Part shown: positions 29,055 through 38,213 of the stretch, one piece after another
How the letters are laid out: every line of letters starts with the position of its first letter
How positions within the stretch are numbered: the first letter of the stretch is position 1
Assembly (NCBI GenBank): GCA_045105515.1
Contig: JBGCDR010000060.1
Span: forward strand, 32,001-96,000
Origin: Oligoflexales bacterium
Lineage (GTDB): Bacteria > Bdellovibrionota_B > Oligoflexia > Oligoflexales > Bog-1112
Reading direction: 5' to 3'
DNA: 64,000 nt
Position numbers and translations under genes: made by a program
Notes under the pieces: model-generated
What the model saw: only the letters and a program-made list of their open reading frames with translations
Database searches by the model: none
Told to the model about the DNA's origin: nothing

Positions 29055-32000
29055 TTAAAAGAATGCATCAAAGCCAAAGGTAGCATAAAGTTCAAAATCT
29101 TCTTCAAGTACCTGCCCAGATCCCAAACTAGCATTAAAGCCTACTCCTTTGTTTTCAAAGAGCAAGTCGATTTTATAGCCATGGGCAGCAATGAAATTAT
29201 CACTAAGGTCTTCATCTCTTTGATACCAGGCTCCACCATAATTATAGAAAGCAGTGAAGTTTAAACTCTGGAGATAAAACAACCATAGCATCGTGTCCAT
29301 CCTAGAGAGAATCGGAAAGGTGTAAGAGGTCTTTAGCCTTGCTTGAGTATCCCCATATTTAATTGCAAACAAGCTTCCACTCCCCAAAATGGGAAAATTA
29401 TTTTTGTTATATCCACCGCCACTTCCAGGAACAAAAGTTTTCAGAGCTTGGTATGTTTCTCGAAGCTGAGGAAGTTTTTTTCCTCGAATGCGACTTCCCT
29501 CAATCCCTAGAGAGAATCTTGATCGTAAAAACGGTAAACCGACACTACCATTCAGAGAACTTGTAATAGTATTATAATCATAATGCGGGTTTACTTGCTC
29601 TGGAGCAAACTTCGTTTTCAGGTAGTAACTTAAAGAAAATCGACCAAATCTTCGACTCAAAGTAAGTTGGGCATAAGGCTCGTTAATACGGCCCTCGGGC
29701 AAATTACAGACCCCTAAATAATGATGGAGAACTCCAGCTCGCACACCAAAACTAAGATTAACATTGTAGTTCCAACCAAACCAAGGGAAGCTAATTTCAG
29801 GCCTTACACCCTTTTCATCATAGTAGGATGTGGAAGCAGCAAGCTCGTCACCGACCCTATATATACACCGTCCATTCCAGGTCTGCTTGCGATAGAGCCC
29901 GAGAGTAATAGTGGGCCAAAAGCGCGTAGAAATCATAGACACTTCTGTGTTTGGATAGCGGCTGTCAACCCCCACCAGTACTGTGGCTCTTATAGATTCA
30001 TTTTGCATATGTTCCATTAACGGTACAGACACTATACCGATTTGGGTTCCCAAAACGTCTTCAGCCCCTATCCAGGGAAAGGCAAAAAGGGGCCTAGCTC
30101 GCCATCCAGCTGACTTGGTTTTTGCTGGTGTCACTGAGTTTGGACCTCGGGAAGAATTAACACGATCTAAACCAGAAGCCAAAGCAAGCTGGTTAGCATT
30201 CTTTTTAACTTCTAACTTGTCGAACTTTTCATTCCAGGTAGAAGCCTTAAGCAAGGCTCTGCCAAACCTAACTTTTCTATCCTGACGCATGGCCCAAAGG
30301 AGTGGCGATGAAGGTGGCATACTATAACTACAGGACTTGGTTTTTAGAAGCTTTGCATCGATTTTTCTGAGAACGTTGAAAGATCCGCGATACAGCCCAA
30401 AAATAACGCTACCATCTTTAAGCCCTTTTACTTGTAATGGATAATCTTCAAGGTGAAAGGTTCCTTGGCAATCTCCTTGGATGTCAATTTTTTTTAAGGA
30501 ACGTCTGTTGTGCTCAGATACTAGCAACCAAAGCTGCCTCCCAGCTTGTGCTAGCTGTAGCGGATATCCTCCACCACTATAGTACACAGTCCTGGACTTT
30601 TCCTTCGTGGTATCCCAAGCAATGATTCGATAACGATCTCCCACAAGGGTTTCTTCCCTAAGTGCCAGCCAAATCTCGGTGCTAAGCGAAAGGTCTTGGT
30701 TACTTGGAGGAAAGACACCGATTGCCGGGTAGGGCGACTTAATGTCACCAAGAATGCGAAGACTTGCTGGCAAACTAGTTTTAATAGGACAAATTACCTC
30801 ACTCCGCCCCACAGGCAAGCGCCCTTTCAGCTTGGATTTGTTAATATAGCATAATCGATTGAGCCCGCCTTTTTTCTCAAGCCAAACAATTTTATCCGGT
30901 GCTTCAAACAAACCGAAAACACTGTTTTTTAAGTTTACAAGAGTTTTTTTGATCTTGGCATTTTCACCTTTGTACCTTGAATCAATCAAGACCAAGCGAT
31001 TTTTAAAGAAGCCAGTTTTTCCCTCGACAGTACTAGCAACTGCCACCTGAAATCCTGCACGAGCGATCTGCAAATTTGAACTAGACGGATCTGGAATTTT
31101 ATACGGAGTAGGTTCTACATTTTCGAGCCAGCCAGTTGCTGAATCAAAATTCAAATTCATCCTAGTTTTCTGGCCATCATGCCTGAAGATCAAATGAGCT
31201 TGATCCATATTTGCAGAAAACCCTGATAGGCTAGAAAGCAGTAGCGGTTGTCCAGGTAGCTCCAGCAAACTCGGGCCTTTTCGATGCTCTTTCCAGTAGC
31301 TGGCAGCTTCCTTTTTATACTGCTCGTAAAGCTCCTCACCCGATTTGCCTAAAAAATCTCGAAGAACCTCATCCATCGGCATAAAGCGACTAAAAGGGTT
31401 AAACGACCAAGGGTAGTATTTAGGTGTGGTATAACTCGAAAGTTTGCCAAGGAATTTCCGAAGAAAGCCCGGCTTGTTATTTGCTTTAATACGACGAAAT
31501 AGCCAGGAGACAAAGGCACCCGCTGTGGCATAACCTCTTTCGGAAGAGCTTGATCTATATAAGTGGTGGAGGCTGTCAAAACTAGGCCAATCATTACGGG
31601 AAGCTTGGTAACGTTCTATGGAAGCTTGCACATCTGAGCCAGTAGAGACTGTAAGGGCTTCAGCAAACCCTTCAATGAACCAGGCTGGAACCCACGGTAA
31701 GTAAATGATACCTTCGGCTGGTCCAAGGAAATGATGAAAGTGCTCATACATGATAGTGTGAGCAAATTCGTGCCAAAATAAGTCACGCCCACCTTCAGCA
31801 AGAGTCTGCAACTCAATAGTATCAAAAATAAGGTTTGCAAACGAAGCATTAGAGGTCACTGCCGAAGAAACTATCGGCAGCTTGCGCCTAAGTCGTTTTC
31901 CTGCCCAGCGTTCAATTATGGGCTTAGCCGCTTCCAGTGCGTTGACAGTCATTGCCCCTTCTGCTGCGGCTTCCTTATCATGGTAAACATCAAAATTTCT

Positions 32001-32123
32001 TGATCGTGTTTCAAGGTATTCACGATCACCTTGGTTGATCCCAAAACCGATTGGAAGAGCAATCAGTCTGCTGGAGATAATTAGCAGGGCAAAGAATATA
32101 GGAGCATGGGGGTTAAACTTCAT
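29055..32123 (-). CDS. Secreted HEXXH zinc-peptidase-like domain + propeller-like region + Omp85-like C-terminal barrel
   Basis: Signal peptide; WHEFAH...P.WFIEGFAE; beta-rich C-terminal third ending in FGFDAFF (terminal Phe). Confidence 0.65.
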   Translation of the reverse strand: MKFNPHAPIFFALLIISSRLIALPIGFGINQGDREYLETRSRNFDVYHDKEAAAEGAMTVNALEAAKPIIERWAGKRLRRKLPIVSSAVTSNASFANLIFDTIELQTLAEGGRDLFWHEFAHTIMYEHFHHFLGPAEGIIYLPWVPAWFIEGFAEALTVSTGSDVQASIERYQASRNDWPSFDSLHHLYRSSSSERGYATAGAFVSWLFRRIKANNKPGFLRKFLGKLSSYTTPKYYPWSFNPFSRFMPMDEVLRDFLGKSGEELYEQYKKEAASYWKEHRKGPSLLELPGQPLLLSSLSGFSANMDQAHLIFRHDGQKTRMNLNFDSATGWLENVEPTPYKIPDPSSSNLQIARAGFQVAVASTVEGKTGFFKNRLVLIDSRYKGENAKIKKTLVNLKNSVFGLFEAPDKIVWLEKKGGLNRLCYINKSKLKGRLPVGRSEVICPIKTSLPASLRILGDIKSPYPAIGVFPPSNQDLSLSTEIWLALREETLVGDRYRIIAWDTTKEKSRTVYYSGGGYPLQLAQAGRQLWLLVSEHNRRSLKKIDIQGDCQGTFHLEDYPLQVKGLKDGSVIFGLYRGSFNVLRKIDAKLLKTKSCSYSMPPSSPLLWAMRQDRKVRFGRALLKASTWNEKFDKLEVKKNANQLALASGLDRVNSSRGPNSVTPAKTKSAGWRARPLFAFPWIGAEDVLGTQIGIVSVPLMEHMQNESIRATVLVGVDSRYPNTEVSMISTRFWPTITLGLYRKQTWNGRCIYRVGDELAASTSYYDEKGVRPEISFPWFGWNYNVNLSFGVRAGVLHHYLGVCNLPEGRINEPYAQLTLSRRFGRFSLSYYLKTKFAPEQVNPHYDYNTITSSLNGSVGLPFLRSRFSLGIEGSRIRGKKLPQLRETYQALKTFVPGSGGGYNKNNFPILGSGSLFAIKYGDTQARLKTSYTFPILSRMDTMLWLFYLQSLNFTAFYNYGGAWYQRDEDLSDNFIAAHGYKIDLLFENKGVGFNASLGSGQVLEEDFELYATFGFDAFF

Positions 32124-32133
32124 ATTTTTTCAC

Positions 32134-32391
32134 CTAACATGCCCTAAATATTTCTCTGATATCCACACCATTGCAAATTCTGCTGTGGCCATTCGCATAT
32201 TTTGGATCAGACATCAAGTTTTTTAATTGAACTTCCAAGGCTCGCAACTGTTCTTGTTTTTCTTCCAGCTTAGTTGGTCCCGAGGAATTATTGGTGAGCT
32301 CTTTTAAGGCTACAATTCGATATCCAAGAGAACCGACCTGCCGATGAAAAAAAAAATTCTTTGCACTCTGCTTTTTTTTGGGAAAGAGCAT
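32134..32391 (-). CDS. Small hypothetical protein (coiled coil)
   Basis: 85-aa ORF ending 10 nt before the peptidase-barrel gene; no clear SD. Confidence 0.35.
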   Translation of the reverse strand: MLFPKKKQSAKNFFFHRQVGSLGYRIVALKELTNNSSGPTKLEEKQEQLRALEVQLKNLMSDPKYANGHSRICNGVDIREIFRAC

Positions 32392-32878
32392 GGAGGACCT
32401 TGAAATTTAATGTTCAAATTCACTTATTTTGAGTTCTTTATCAATTCACTATCAAAATAAGTTGCCGTAATACTGGCGTAAATAACGAAAAGATGCCATG
32501 GGAATATTCTGATAGCTTTTTAACCTGTTTGCAAGTCTTCAAAAATTAAAGTAAGTCCTTATTCATAGACAATGTGCCTCAGAATGTTCCAAAAGTGCCT
32601 TCGAATGGATATTAAAGCATAGTGACCAAAAAACTAGAGCCTGTGCTGGCGAAAACCATCAAACCTAAGAAATCATTAAGAAAGCCAAGTTAACTCAATA
32701 ATAATTGATTGGTAACAAATCAAGTACAAAGAAATAATTTAAAAAAACAGACTCACACAACCAAGAATAAGAAGCTCATTCGTGCTATAATTAGCTAATA
32801 AGGTTAATGATCGGGCCAAGCTCCTTGAACTTTTCAGTGGTCCTGTGTTGAAAATAAAAATTATTAGAGGATTGTGTC

Positions 32879-33535
32879 TTGCAAGATGAATTTGACTCAA
32901 AAAACGAAGATGTTGGGAAAGATAAGGAGTTAGAAGAGTCAAAAATTAATGAGCTAGAAACAAAAGTTGTACAATCGAATTTTTTCCGAAAAATTATTTT
33001 TTTTATCATAGTATTGGTCTGCGTTTTTGGACTCTACAAATTCTTTTCCCCCCATAAAGAAGAAAAATTAAACGATCCACTTAATGTTCTTTCATATGAA
33101 ACACTGGCTATGGAAGAAGATCAATCAGGTGAAAGACTATACTTACCAAGTAAAGAGAAGATAGAAATAGATCAATATTTTGGCAATACTCCCAACTTAA
33201 AATTTAAACCACGCTCTTTGCTCAACACAGGGCTCAAGTGGCTACCTGAAGGTGCATCAATAATTGATTACGAAGTTGCAAAAATAGCCGTTGTTCAGTA
33301 CAGCAGAAAAGCCCAGACTGCAAAAATCTTCTTTTTCACCCTCTTTGGAAATATCGATAATCTTGCAAATGCAGAAGAAGGAAATGAAGAAGGCTTAGTC
33401 TATCAACCATACGCCACAGACCAACTGAACATGGTTGTTTGGCAAGATTCTCAAGATACACTGGCTGTTCTGGTAGGTCGACTTAGTATCAAAGAGCTAG
33501 CCAAAATGGCTCGACTAGGCACTGAAAATAAATAA
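32879..33535 (+). CDS. Single-pass membrane protein with anti-sigma-factor-like periplasmic domain
   Basis: Acidic N-terminus and TM helix, then L..GA..., AV.QY, N.VVW and LVG.L...EL...A patterns. Extended -10 TGCTATAAT near 32783. Confidence 0.55.
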   Translation: MQDEFDSKNEDVGKDKELEESKINELETKVVQSNFFRKIIFFIIVLVCVFGLYKFFSPHKEEKLNDPLNVLSYETLAMEEDQSGERLYLPSKEKIEIDQYFGNTPNLKFKPRSLLNTGLKWLPEGASIIDYEVAKIAVVQYSRKAQTAKIFFFTLFGNIDNLANAEEGNEEGLVYQPYATDQLNMVVWQDSQDTLAVLVGRLSIKELAKMARLGTENK

Positions 33536-33547
33536 TCCTCAAATTGT

Positions 33548-34387
33548 CTAAAATTTTCTTAGCATCATTGCATCATCCAGCCCAATAAGCTCCTCAAATC
33601 TCATGGGATTCCATACATTTTCGCCTTGCAAAGGTTCGCTGCTAAATATGAGATGATGAACCTTTCCACTAAGGGTAGCTCGCTCACAGACGCTTGCAAA
33701 CATAGGACATTGGTCTCGATCAGGACATCGTTTTTTATGGGTGCTATAGAATAAGGTCTTCCCACCTTGATGAGCCAGCATCATACTTCCATTGGTTATT
33801 ATAAAAGTGAGAAAATGTTCACTAGGATCACCATCGTCATTTGCATGTAAGGGTCCTGCAACAGACACCAACAATTTTTTGGCATCCATAACAGCCTTAG
33901 CTAAATGGTCGAGCTTTATCATATTTGAGTCTAGGTCATGTTTCTTAGCTAGAAAACTAAGTATCAAGAAAAAAATGAGTTCACTATCTGTCTCCCCAAG
34001 GATATAGCGCCTCAAATTCAGATCTATCTTTTGATAAATATCTTTGCGGACTGCTTTGAAATTTTTACAGTTTCCATTATGAGCAAAAGTCCAATGACCC
34101 AACTGAAAAGGGTGAGTATTGACCAAATCAATCTCTCCCACAGTTGCTTTACGTAGGTGGGCTAGTACCGTATAAGAGGAAACCATGGCTGAAACTTTTT
34201 TAAAAACCTGGCAATTTATAGCAGCTGTTAAGGATTTAATAATATGAGGAACTTCAAGTGCATAATACGCAACTCCCCATCCATCTGGGTGTTTGGAACT
34301 TTGCTGAACCAGGGCATTATTTGCGCTAATTAGGCTTTTATGAACTTGGCTAAGAGTGATCGATCTAAAACCAAAAAGCCTACACAC
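33548..34387 (-). CDS. Class II glutamine amidotransferase (YafJ/EgtC/DUG3 family)
   Basis: N-terminal MCRLFG, HPDGWG, AHLRKAT, NTHPF, FAHNG and GETDSE. Confidence 0.92.
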   Translation of the reverse strand: MCRLFGFRSITLSQVHKSLISANNALVQQSSKHPDGWGVAYYALEVPHIIKSLTAAINCQVFKKVSAMVSSYTVLAHLRKATVGEIDLVNTHPFQLGHWTFAHNGNCKNFKAVRKDIYQKIDLNLRRYILGETDSELIFFLILSFLAKKHDLDSNMIKLDHLAKAVMDAKKLLVSVAGPLHANDDGDPSEHFLTFIITNGSMMLAHQGGKTLFYSTHKKRCPDRDQCPMFASVCERATLSGKVHHLIFSSEPLQGENVWNPMRFEELIGLDDAMMLRKF

Positions 34388-34521
34388 AAAAACTATCCAA
34401 TCTATATTGCAACAGGTTTATAAGAAAGCATCGACAGATTTTTATTTAAATAATAAGTTATGAACTTTGTATCTTATTTTACTACGCTTTACAAAGAAAA
34501 AGAAAGAGCTAGGAGTTAAGG

Positions 34522-35583
34522 TTGCCGGATTATCAAAGAGTCTTACTAATCCAATTACGTCAATTAGGGGACATCATCCTCAGCACCCCTTGTATCCGAG
34601 AAGTACGCCGAGAGTTGCCAAATGCTCACATAACCTTTCTCTGTCATAGGATGGGCAAGCAGGTGTTAGAAGGTAACCCCTATTTAGATGAACTCATTTG
34701 CTACCATGAAAAAGACAGTTATAGACAATTTTTACAAAAATTCCTTCAGATTCGCTCCCACTCCTTCGACATAGTGATCGACTTCATGAATGACCCTCGT
34801 AGTGCCTTATTTACCCTGATGTGCAAAGCTAAGCTGAAGGTTTCAACAGACTCTTCCCGAAGGTGGGTATACAGGCAAACTTTTCCTCGAGCAAACGATG
34901 AAGAGACCTATATAGTTGATGAAAAGTTTAATTTATTGAGAAATTGTGGCTTCGCTCCTAAAAGTCGCCAACTAGACTTCCCCTGGTTCCAGAAACATTT
35001 AGGTCCCGTCCAAAATTTATTCTCTCAAGCTGACTATCATGCGGGAGACGTTGGACAAATTCGGGTTGTTTTAAGCCCAACCCATAGAAGGCCAATACGC
35101 AAATGGGCACTTGAGAAGTATTGTGAAATTGCACGTAGACTCGTCACTAATTGGGGAGCTAAAGTAACCTGGGTATGGGGTCCAGGTGAAGAAATCGAAA
35201 TTGATGATGCCATCAGCCATTGTAAAGTCAAAACCTATAAGGCTCCTGCTACAAGTTTTAAAGAGCTTGCAGCTTTAATTGCAAAACATCACTTATTTGT
35301 GGGAAATTCTAATGGCCCTAGTCATTTAGCTGTGGCAAATAATATATGCTCGCTCCAACTCCACGGTCACACAAAAGCAAGCTCCTGGTGCCCTTTGAAT
35401 ACGAAACACCAAGCAATTCAAAGCGAGGAGTATGGTAAAAAGAGGTCTCCAACCTTAGATATGATAAGCATTGAAGATGTTTGGGAGGCTCTGATTTCCT
35501 TAAAGCCTGAAGTTGAGAAGGAAAAATCTAAGCAATTGAACTCACCTAAGAAAAGTTGGGATTGTAATTTTTCTTCAAAATAA
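34522..35583 (+). CDS. Glycosyltransferase family 9 (ADP-heptose:LPS heptosyltransferase-like)
   Basis: LRQLGDIILSTP, NPYLDE, FDIVIDF, R.W and GNSNGPSHLA. Confidence 0.9.
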   Translation: MPDYQRVLLIQLRQLGDIILSTPCIREVRRELPNAHITFLCHRMGKQVLEGNPYLDELICYHEKDSYRQFLQKFLQIRSHSFDIVIDFMNDPRSALFTLMCKAKLKVSTDSSRRWVYRQTFPRANDEETYIVDEKFNLLRNCGFAPKSRQLDFPWFQKHLGPVQNLFSQADYHAGDVGQIRVVLSPTHRRPIRKWALEKYCEIARRLVTNWGAKVTWVWGPGEEIEIDDAISHCKVKTYKAPATSFKELAALIAKHHLFVGNSNGPSHLAVANNICSLQLHGHTKASSWCPLNTKHQAIQSEEYGKKRSPTLDMISIEDVWEALISLKPEVEKEKSKQLNSPKKSWDCNFSSK

Positions 35584-35757
35584 TCGTTAGAATCAAACAA
35601 TTGTAAAATTTGGTAATTAATCGTTCTGATTTATTATAAATTAAAATTACTTGCAATCTATGGAACATGCGAGGATAAAAGAACAAACTTGCAAACTTTT
35701 TCGACCCATATTTCCAAAATATTCAAGATATTAGCACATTTCTGAAAATAATCTATT

Positions 35758-35784
35758 TAATGAACAAGCACTAGGCTCCGAGAC
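35758..35784 (+). promoter_or_regulatory. Putative sigma-28 promoter of the che operon
   Basis: TAAT-N15-TCCGAGAC about 30 nt upstream of cheA. Confidence 0.4.
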
Positions 35785-35815
35785 GTATCTTCGGAAACAA
35801 CAGGAGCTGTAGTCC

Positions 35816-37699
35816 ATGGATCAAAGCGATTTACTAAATGATTTGCTAGCGACATTTACAGATGAGCTTGGAGATATTGTCGAACATATCGAACAAACCT
35901 TGCTTATATTTGAAAAAGACTCTAGCAATAACCTAGTTATTGACGAATTATTCCGTTATTTTCATAATGTAAAGGGCTCCAGCAAAACTATTGGCCTAAC
36001 TGGCCTATCATCCTATGCTCATGATATTGAACATATTCTTAGTCTTCTACGATCAGGTGAAATGAACGCGACACCTGCTTTAATAGATAAACTCTTGGAG
36101 TCAAGTGATCTACTAAGATCATATTTTGTACAGTTAAGTTCAGGTCCAAAATCCGAAACTAGTGAAATGGTGGAAGATCTCGAAAATTTTCGTAAGGAAC
36201 TTAAAAAAGTTCATTCAAGTGAAGGCGATAAACAACAAACAGACTCAATGCAAGATGAAAAAAGCTCTAAAGATGCAAACACTGAAGATTCTGCTGCTAG
36301 CCATGCGCCGGAAGCAAGTAGAGATCAAAGTGCGAATGAGCCCTCAGAAGAGTCCTCAGACTCAGAGGCATATGGTGTTTTCTATAAACCAAAGAAAAAA
36401 GAAGCGACAAAACCAAACGAGTCAAAAGTTCAAAAACCAGCTGCACCAAAACCAAAGCAAACAGCAGCACAGAACCAAGCAGGCCAACAGCGCCTTGAAA
36501 CCATAAAGATCCCTTTAAATCGCATTGATGAATTAATGGAACTATTTGGCGAACAAGTTATTTTACAATCTTCTTTAGATCATATCCTAGAACAAGACCT
36601 CGAATCCCAAAGAGAGTTTATAGAACAGACAGTCACCTCTCTGAAGAAAATTACTCAGGATTTAAGGTATACTATGGTGAATCTTCGAATGGTTCCCATT
36701 AGCCCCTTGTATGCAAGGCTAGAAAGGGCTGTACGCGACACAGCGAAAATTACAGGTAAACCTATTAAGTTTGTTAAGGAAGGACAGTCATCAGAACTAG
36801 ATAAATCAATAGTAGATTCCCTCGTCGACCCTCTTACGCATATGGTAAGAAATGCGGTAGATCATGGGATTGAAGATGAAGAAACAAGATTGAAAAATGG
36901 CAAGCAAAAAGAGGGTGTTATCATCCTTAGTGCTGGGCGCAATGGTGGATCATTTGAAATAATTTTACGGGACGATGGCAAAGGCCTCGACCGTGAAGCC
37001 ATCATCGAAAAAGCTACGAAATCGGGATTAATCACTGGAGATCCAAGTAACCTGTCAGATAATGAGGTTTATAACCTAATTTTTAACTCAGGATTTTCTA
37101 CTCGACAAGAGGCAACTGAAATTTCGGGCCGAGGAGTGGGAATGGATGTAGTCAATGAAAAACTTAAGCAACTTAAAGGTACTTGCCAAATAAAATCTGA
37201 AAAAAACAAAGGAACTGAATTTACTATAAAAGTTCCTCAAAGCCTAGCAATGTTCAATGGAACTATTATCTTGGTGAATAACGAAAGGTATGTAATTCCC
37301 AACTCAGATTTTCACGAAACCATAGCTCTTTCACCAGATACACTTAAACTGGCTGATTCCAATTTCAATAAGATTCGCTTAGAGGAACGCATACTAACCG
37401 TTCTAGATTTACGCGAAATACTTGCTATAAACTACCGCAAAGAAAAAGGTAATGCAAAGTCTAAAAACTACCACCTAGCACTGATAACAAGGTTTGAAAA
37501 CCAGGAATATGCACTACTTGTGAGTGATATTATCTCACAGGAGCAAATTGTTTTGAAAGAACTAACTCAAGAAGTAAATCAAATCAAAGAGTCTTGTGGA
37601 GGAACGATTTTAGGTGATGGAAAAGTAGCACTAGTTCTTGACCTAAGAAAACTAATAGCTGGAAATAAAAGGAGCCCTAAGCTCCAACTAGCCGGATGA
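35816..37699 (+). CDS. cheA: Chemotaxis histidine kinase CheA (P2 apparently replaced by a disordered linker)
   Basis: Hpt LFRYFHNVKGSS, HMVRNAVDHGIE, DDGKGL and SGRGVGMDVV; C-terminal CheW domain. Confidence 0.96.
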   Translation: MDQSDLLNDLLATFTDELGDIVEHIEQTLLIFEKDSSNNLVIDELFRYFHNVKGSSKTIGLTGLSSYAHDIEHILSLLRSGEMNATPALIDKLLESSDLLRSYFVQLSSGPKSETSEMVEDLENFRKELKKVHSSEGDKQQTDSMQDEKSSKDANTEDSAASHAPEASRDQSANEPSEESSDSEAYGVFYKPKKKEATKPNESKVQKPAAPKPKQTAAQNQAGQQRLETIKIPLNRIDELMELFGEQVILQSSLDHILEQDLESQREFIEQTVTSLKKITQDLRYTMVNLRMVPISPLYARLERAVRDTAKITGKPIKFVKEGQSSELDKSIVDSLVDPLTHMVRNAVDHGIEDEETRLKNGKQKEGVIILSAGRNGGSFEIILRDDGKGLDREAIIEKATKSGLITGDPSNLSDNEVYNLIFNSGFSTRQEATEISGRGVGMDVVNEKLKQLKGTCQIKSEKNKGTEFTIKVPQSLAMFNGTIILVNNERYVIPNSDFHETIALSPDTLKLADSNFNKIRLEERILTVLDLREILAINYRKEKGNAKSKNYHLALITRFENQEYALLVSDIISQEQIVLKELTQEVNQIKESCGGTILGDGKVALVLDLRKLIAGNKRSPKLQLAG

Positions 37700-38202
37700 A
37701 AACTATGAGTAATGAAACAATTGAATCAGAAAAAATTGGACAAGGCAGATTTATTATTTTTTGCCTTCACAACAAAAACTATGCGATACCTTTGGCAAAG
37801 GTTAAAGAGATCATTAGACCACCCATGATCACTCCACTCCCTAAGGTTCCAAGTTTTTATAAAGGACTCATCAACGTTAGAGGCCAGATTATTTCTATTG
37901 TTGATATGAGGCTGCGTTTGGGGTTGCCAGAGGAACAAGCCGTTCCTAAGAAAACTTGTGTGATAATTTCTTATGTTGGAAACCTTCTAGTAGGAGCAAT
38001 TGTCGATGAAATTCTCGATGTTACTAGCTATGAGGATGCTCAAATCAGTTTTGAAGAATTTGAACGTGGAAAAAACCGCAACGATGGTGTTTTTGCAGTA
38101 GCTAAAAGTGAATCAGGCGACCTAACCTTACTAATTGACCTTGAAAAATCACTTGAAGGGACTGCGTTTGAGAACACTTCCCAAGAAAAATATGCGTCTT
38201 AA
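37696..38202 (+). CDS. cheW: Chemotaxis coupling protein CheW
   Basis: YAIP..V.EII, P.VP...KG.INVRGQI and G.IVD. Confidence 0.95.
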   Translation: MKTMSNETIESEKIGQGRFIIFCLHNKNYAIPLAKVKEIIRPPMITPLPKVPSFYKGLINVRGQIISIVDMRLRLGLPEEQAVPKKTCVIISYVGNLLVGAIVDEILDVTSYEDAQISFEEFERGKNRNDGVFAVAKSESGDLTLLIDLEKSLEGTAFENTSQEKYAS

Positions 38203-38213
38203 AAGGAAATCCT

